Positions 58,001 to 64,000 of a stretch of DNA of 64,000 bases are shown here, one piece after another. The notes under the pieces were generated by a model that had not been told where the DNA came from, searched no databases, and saw only the letters and a program-made list of their open reading frames with translations. The translations under genes were made by a program, and so were the position numbers. Every line of letters starts with the position of its first letter. The first letter of the stretch is position 1. Origin of the DNA: Anolis carolinensis (Eukaryota); contig NW_026943824.1 in NCBI RefSeq assembly GCF_035594765.1, forward strand, positions 8,140,317 through 8,204,316. Direction: 5' to 3'.

Positions 58001-58705
58001 GAGGCCCAGCAGTCTGGGGAAGGGGCCCTGTGGCCCCTGGGAGCCTGGTGGGGACTCAGCGCCTTGGCGGGAGACTCCCTCCCGGAACAGAACTGCTGTG
58101 CCACAGGCCCCCTTCTCCAGGTGTCATTGTTAACAGATCAGGTACTTTGCATGGGGCCGGGGAGGATGGGGGACGGAATAATGTCGGGCTTACCAGAGGT
58201 TGTGGAGGCTGAGGCAAGCACACCCTTCTCCTTCTCCTCCTCTTCCCAGGGGTCTGAGCCAGAGCCTCCAAGGAGGAATTGCCTTTCACCAGAACCCAAG
58301 CCTCCCCAGGTCTGCGATCCAAGTCAGGAAGTGGCTGGCAGCCACGAGGGGGCCCTGCGGGTCCTGGAGGACCTGGCCGGAGAGGGCTTGACCCTCACCC
58401 AGTGGGGCCTGGATGCTCAACGGGGGCCAGGTGAGAGGGGGCCCATCTTCTTCCCCGAGGTCTACTGGGCTCAAGGAGAGAGCCCTTCAGCAGAGAAAGG
58501 GGGCTTGGCTCAGTCTGGAGGAGAACTACTTCTTTACATGGTCCTTGTTTTTCATTGAGGGCAAGAACAAGAGGCACCAGGTGACGCCTCTCAGGAGACG
58601 CCCATCCACTTACAAGAAGAAGAGGAGAAGGTAATAATAATAATCATCATAATTGCTCTGCAGATCCTGGTTTATCCCAGAACTGGGCTGGTGATGATGA
58701 TGATG

Positions 58706-58746
<41 letters not shown>

Positions 58747-61700
58747 CAGACGATAATAATAGACAATAATAATAGACGAAAAACAACAGGAAAAACTCAG
58801 CCGCTATCAGGACCTCAAGATTGAACTTCAAAGACTCTGGCAGAAACCAGTGTAGGTGGTCCCGGTGGTGATGGGCACACTGGGTGCCGTGCCAAAAGAT
58901 CTCAGCCGGCATTTGGAAACAATAGACATTGACAAAATTACGATCTGCCAACTGCAAAAGGCCACCCTACTGGGATCTGCACGCATCATCCGAAAATACC
59001 TCACACAGTCCTAGACACTTGGGAAGTGTTCGACTTGTGATTTTGTGATATGAAATCCAGCATATCTATCTTGTTTGCTGTGTCATAATAAAATAATAAT
59101 AATTAATAATAATAATAATAATTGCAGCTCAGATCCTGGTTTCTCCCTCTGCCTGAAGGGAACTGGGCTCCCGAGCATTTGAACCCTGGCCAGAGGCTTT
59201 CAGGGCTGGCACACTGGTAGCAGCTGTTTAGTTATAATTGAAAGGGTTTTTCTTGACAAAAGATGCTCTCTCTCTTTGTTACAGCTCAACTCATTAGCCG
59301 CTGCCTTTGGGGCCATGGTCAACAATCCCCACCTGAGTGACGTGCAGTTCCAGGTGGACAGTGGGGAGGTCATCTATGCCCACCTGTTTGTGCTCTATGC
59401 CCGGTGCCCACAGCTCTTGGAACTTGTGAGTGTTTTGCAGGGGGGTGGCAGAGGTTGGATGTAGCGGTGGTTGCTCAGCCTGTTCTTTGCAATGGTCCCT
59501 GGTTTTTCTTTGGAAGCTTGGGTCAGCCTCCTTCTGCAGCGGCTCTTGGACCTTCCTTCTATCCTTCCATAGTAGCTCTTGATCTTTACTTCCTTCCCTC
59601 CTTCTGCCACCAGGTGGGCCGCACGGGGTTTGTGGTGGCTGAAGATGGAGGTGCGGAGACACGTCGCCTGCTGTTGAGTGACGTTTCGGCCGAGGCGGTG
59701 GCCACTTTTTTGCGGTTTCTCTACGCAGCTGACCCCTGGGTCCCTCTCCACCTGCAGGCCCCTGTGGGAGCCCTGGCTGCCAGGTGTGCTCCTCCCTGGT
59801 CTCTCTCTACCCATGGGCCCTTGGACCACTGAGCCCCATCCCATGAGCCCCCAACCCCTGCAAGCAGATCCCAACCTATGTCTTTACAATTGATACACTG
59901 AGACACAGAAATTCTTCTGGTGATTGATTGTTGCACATAGTTATGTTTTAAATTAGTGATAATAGAAAAGTTTCCAGAGAAGGCATGCTTTCCAAAGGAA
60001 GCAAGGAAGTGTTGTTCTTTCCCGTTTCCTGTGGGCTTCTGTCCTCACCTTCCTCTTTGCCTGGCAGCCCTCTTTGCAATAAATGACAGTTGTTTGTAAT
60101 GTTTGCAGGTTCGGAGTGCAGGATTTGGTCGCTCTGTGCAGACGCTGCCACAGCTCCCGAGTGGCTGGAGGAGAAGGAGGCAGCCTTGGGAATCCTGGAG
60201 GCGGTGATGATGGAGATGATGATGGTGGTAAAGAGGAGGACAGGGCTGAGACCTTTGAGGGGCTCCTGGAGTCAATGTGGCTGGAAGAGGAGGAGGAAGA
60301 AGAGGCATATCCGAACTTGGCAGCCCAAGAGGGGAGCAGCAGCAAAACCATGGGAGAAGAAGAACTGGAAGAGATCTACCAGTTTGCTGCCACCCAACGC
60401 GCCTCTTCTGCCCGAGGCGGAAGGAATGAGGGGCAGGGGGAGGAAGAAGCCCTGGGCGAGGGCCACCCGATCCCAGGGGGAAGGTGGCCAGGCCACTCTC
60501 TCGGTTGCCCTCCCACCAAAGAGGGACCGGATCCCCCCACTCTGCCTCACCAGCCAACACAGAAGACGCCTGTTACAGACACTCCCTTGGGGCTAGATAG
60601 ACCGCAGAGGGAGTCTTTCACGGCACTCAGCAACTGCCTGCTTCGTGGACCTGTTCCATCTCCGTCTGCCTCCGTGCCAGGCCCAACTGGAAGGAGATCG
60701 CTCTCCTCCTCTCCCTCTTCCTCTCATAAGACGCCCCACAGCCATGAGGAGAAAGCCCTCTTTGGTGCAAGGCCTCTGTCTGGGAATCTGGACCCTATTG
60801 TGGTGCTAGATTCAGATGAAGAGCCGGAGTGTGGGGCTTCTCTGGATAGAGGCATTCCCGGGCCAGACTTGGTGGTCTTGGGGCTCCTTGGCCCCCCAAG
60901 CGAGAGCCAAGAGCGGCTGCAGCTGAGCACCAGTGACGAGGACAGCGACAGAGGCAGGAGGCTGCTGGTGCCGGACACCCCTCTGCCCAGGAAGCCCAGC
61001 CAGGCCGGAGATCCTGATGTCGGTGCCAGCCCTGGGCCGAAGAGCCCAGGGACCAGTGTGGGTCCCTTATCGCTAGGGACACCATCTCCAAAGGTCCAGT
61101 CTCCCACTTCCTCCAGGTCTCTGCCCTTGTCTCCCCCTTTGCCTGGCAGCCCTCCTTGCCCTTGGGACGAAGTGGTGGTTGTGGATGACAGCGAGGAGGA
61201 TGAAGATGGCGGCAGCCCTTTTGCCGGCACAGGAGGATCAGCAGCTGGAGGAGGCGGGGAACGAGGCTGGGGCTATGGGGCCAGAGAGGACTCTGACAGT
61301 GGTGACCCCATCCCTCTCACCCAGAGATCCCCGTCACCATCGACCCCGGGTAAGAATCCCGTCCTCCCTCTGAGGGCCGTGAGGACCCTTCTGAGGGAGC
61401 CTTCTTGATTGGAGACAATGAGACATCCTCTGCATGTCTCACCTGAAGTTCCTGAGTCTAAGCGGGGCCTCATCCTGGCCTCTGAGGCTCTGGGACTGGC
61501 CCAAGAGAAGGTGCTTCTCTGCAGCTTCCTCCCCAATGGCTGAGTGGCCAGTGCTGGTGAGCAGTGGCCTTTCTCTGCTCTGTGCCTCAGGACTCAAGGT
61601 GCTTGTGTCCGATTCTTCTCCAGATGCCTTTCAGTGTGAGGAGAGGGTGCCGCTGCTGCCACCCCAGACCCCAGTCACCCCGATGCCTTCCTACTCAGCC

Positions 61701-62526
61701 ATGGCGACCCCAGAGCTGAAAACGGAGTTGAAGAGGTGAGGTCTGTGCCCTCGGGACGGGCCATGGGGGGAGTAACCACAGTGACCACTTGCCCCTTTCT
61801 CTAGGTTTGGGGTCCGGGCCCTTCCAAAGCGCCAGATGGTCCTTAAGCTGAAGGAGATCTTCCAGTTCACGCACCCAGAGAGGAGGAAGGGGAGCGCCAC
61901 CTCCCCATTGGCCCCACGGCACTGTCCGGCTGGGGCCATACAGGAGAGCCAGAAGTCAGCCCTGCCTGGCTTGCAAAAGGTGCTACCCATGGCTCCTGCC
62001 CTTGGAAGTGATGACGTGGGCCGTCCCTCCTCTCCCCCGGCTTCCCAGGCGTCCACCGGATCCTCTGTGGCCACCTCCCACAGGTACGGGGTTGCACTTC
62101 TTTAGGGGGGGAAGGTGCTGGCTCCTTTGGGGAATCTGCTTTGTCTTAGAAGAAGCACACTCCCTTCTTCCTTCCACCAGTTCTTCTTCAGCCGAGTTCG
62201 AGACCAGTTGGCTGGAAGAGGAGGAGGCGGAAGCACCGGCAGCGTTGATGCCGGCCTCTCAAGTTCTCGCCCGCGAGGAGTCCAATCTGGAGGCCTTCCG
62301 GCGCCACATCCGCTCCTCGCCGGCCCTCTGCCGCCGGATCCTGCTCTACCAACCCATCGAGCTGGCCGCGTTGCATGCGGAGCTGAAACAGAGCGGGGTC
62401 AGGATCGCAGCAGGGAAGCTGCTGGACCTCCTGGACGCCCACGGCATCACCTTCACTACAGCCGAGGCGAGGAGGGAGTGCCGTGGGAGGAGACGGCTGG
62501 CGGGGAAGCAGCGGAAGCGTAGGTGA
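55007..62526 (+). CDS. SLX4: Structure-specific endonuclease scaffold SLX4, compact form (~1030 aa, 10 exons)
   Basis: Exons 55007-55271, 57834-58120, 58250-58430, 58560-58630, 59285-59425, 59614-59783, 60109-61349, 61624-61735, 61805-62083, 62181-62526, phase-consistent. Contains the BTB ([26 protein letters not shown]), SIM-like IVVLDSDEE and VVVVDDSEE, the SAP ([43 protein letters not shown]) and the SLX1-binding domain ([12 protein letters not shown]...[12 protein letters not shown]). Confidence 0.93.
55672..57418 (-). mobile_element. R4/Dong-clade LINE (RT + CCHC + restriction-like endonuclease), frameshifted, running into the gap
   Basis: [48 protein letters not shown]...PDITVV...IIDVAIPGD...EKLSRYQDL; TAA-rich 3' tail. 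Confidence 0.9.
57419..57566. other. Assembly gap (148 N)
   Basis: Run of N between the R4 and CR1 fragments in SLX4 intron 1. Confidence 1.
57567..57800 (-). mobile_element. CR1 LINE RT fragment
   Basis: [19 protein letters not shown]...[33 protein letters not shown]. Confidence 0.85.
58775..59095 (+). mobile_element. R4/Dong LINE 3' fragment in a (TAA)n tract
   Basis: [25 protein letters not shown]...[18 protein letters not shown], nearly identical to the copy at 55672, with TAA runs on both sides. Confidence 0.85.
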
Positions 62527-62829
62527 TCAGCTTCGTAGGATGCCCGGGACTCCTATATTACTCGATATTACTATTTATTAAAATGATCTATACGCCAATG
62601 TTCTCATGTGCCAATGTCACTATATTCATAATATGCCCTATGTGCCGTTACTCTAGATCAGGCATGTCCAGATCAGTCCAGATGTCTTGGACTTCAATGC
62701 CCACAATTCCTAGCTGCCTCAGGCCCTTTCCTTTTCCCCCTCAGCCGCTTAAGCGGCTGAGGGGGGAAAGGAAGGGGCCTGAGGCTGTTAGGAAGCACGA
62801 GGGACCATCACACAAAACGTGGCTCTGAG

Positions 62830-64000
62830 AAAATAAATAAGACTTTAAAAGGTTCTTACACGGGTTTCAAAGAACAGAATACATGTTAAAAACTTCAGTA
62901 ATTTATATCACCTTTAAGCAATACTATATATACAATGGAAAAAAGAGACATGCATAGTCCAAATACAATGTTGAAAACAGCGTTTTTCATAACAAAAAAA
63001 GTCCCCAAACACTCAGTAAATAACATGTACATGGATTCAAGGACCACCCTCTTTGTCTGTTGCACACCGTTTATTTAACAATATGCCTAAGAGAAGTAAG
63101 AAATGAGTCCGTCCCCCCTCCCCATTCTATACAGTGATTGAATCTTGGATTTCTTTTAAATATTTATAGGAATTTTCGAGCTTGCATGATTTACACTAGA
63201 ATTGCTTTTCCTCGTTTCAAGTTTCACGTCAAAGAGTTAAAGAAAAGAATATATTTCTTCCCTGTTAAAATATGAACGGGCCCGGAAATGACCGTCCCTC
63301 TTCCTCTCTTTCCTTTTATAAATCCAAAACTAGTTTCCCCCCAGAAACGAAGCTATAGGTTTTGCATCGGCAACAAAGGCTGTGTGCGTCTGCGAGTCTG
63401 CAAGAGCCAATTCCTATCTGTTCCGAGGGCAATTCATAATAATTATAATAATAATAATAATACTTTCGGTCGCCCGCAGAGCTCAAGACGGAACGGGAAA
63501 GAAATCTTTCGATCGAACGCCGGAAAAGTAGAAGGGTGCACCAGGATGTGGCATTTCTGGAGATTGGTTTTCTTCTCTGATAAACGCAAACGCTTAGTCT
63601 TGAAATTACAAATAAAAATATGGATATAATGGACTAATCCTCCCCCCCTTTTAAAAAGCAATAGTCAACAGTAACAACAAAACTTAAAAAAAAAGAAGAA
63701 GAAAGAAACCCACAACAAGAACAACAAAAAGAAGAGACCAGATAGTTCAACCACACCTGGCTGGCTTTTAACAAAAAATATATATTCTTTGTTTTGAAAC
63801 GGGGGCCAAGCAATGGGTCCAGAGCCTCCTCTTCCAAGAGGCCCCCTTTTCTCCTCCCGGTCCAAAGGGTCCAAATGGAAAGCCAAGGGGGGGGGGGGCT
63901 ACAAGCCCTCCACGAACTTCTCCAGCGTATCTCCCCCCGAGGCGTCTCCCCCAACCAGGGAGAGGTCCCCCGGCAGGACGGCCCGGTTGGGGGGGTTCAG
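62830..64000 (-). other. CREBBP: Conserved 3'UTR of CREBBP (coding part beyond the window)
   Basis: The minus strand reads ACAAAGAATATATATTTTTTGTTAAAAGCCAG...ACTATCTGGTCTC, matching my recollection of the CREBBP proximal 3'UTR. It is AU-rich with a minus-strand AATAAA at 63070-63075. CREBBP is the neighbour of TRAP1 in human. Confidence 0.65.

Overview
This is GC-rich, intron-compact vertebrate genomic DNA. The Sauria-type SINEs and the Penelope, Vingi, R4/Dong and RTE LINEs point to a squamate, probably Anolis. The region is syntenic with human 16p13.3. Spliced gene models, built by hand from GT-AG sites and reading-frame continuity, run in this order: MRPL28 3' end (+), AXIN1 (+), PDIA2 (-), an unnamed 13-coding-exon EHMT (G9a/GLP)-like ankyrin/pre-SET/SET gene (+), RGS11 (+), FAM234A (-), TRAP1 (+), SLX4 (+), and the CREBBP 3'UTR (-). 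There is one assembly gap at 57419-57566. Main findings: (1) An intact, miniaturised (~474 aa) EHMT-family paralogue sits where human has ARHGDIG. It has a predicted N-myristoylation start (MGAGGSKC), a broken methyl-lysine reader cage and an altered substrate groove, but intact Zn and catalytic motifs. (2) SLX4 (~1030 aa) appears to have lost both UBZ4 ubiquitin-binding fingers. (3) Both CXXC active sites of PDIA2 are reduced to single-Cys motifs (SDLC, CPHS). (4) Rearrangements relative to human create a 91-bp FAM234A/TRAP1 bidirectional promoter and leave no DNASE1 between TRAP1 and SLX4. (5) An LTR carries six stacked LTR-end/tRNA-Leu primer-binding-site units. All homology statements rest on recalled reference sequences, not on database searches.
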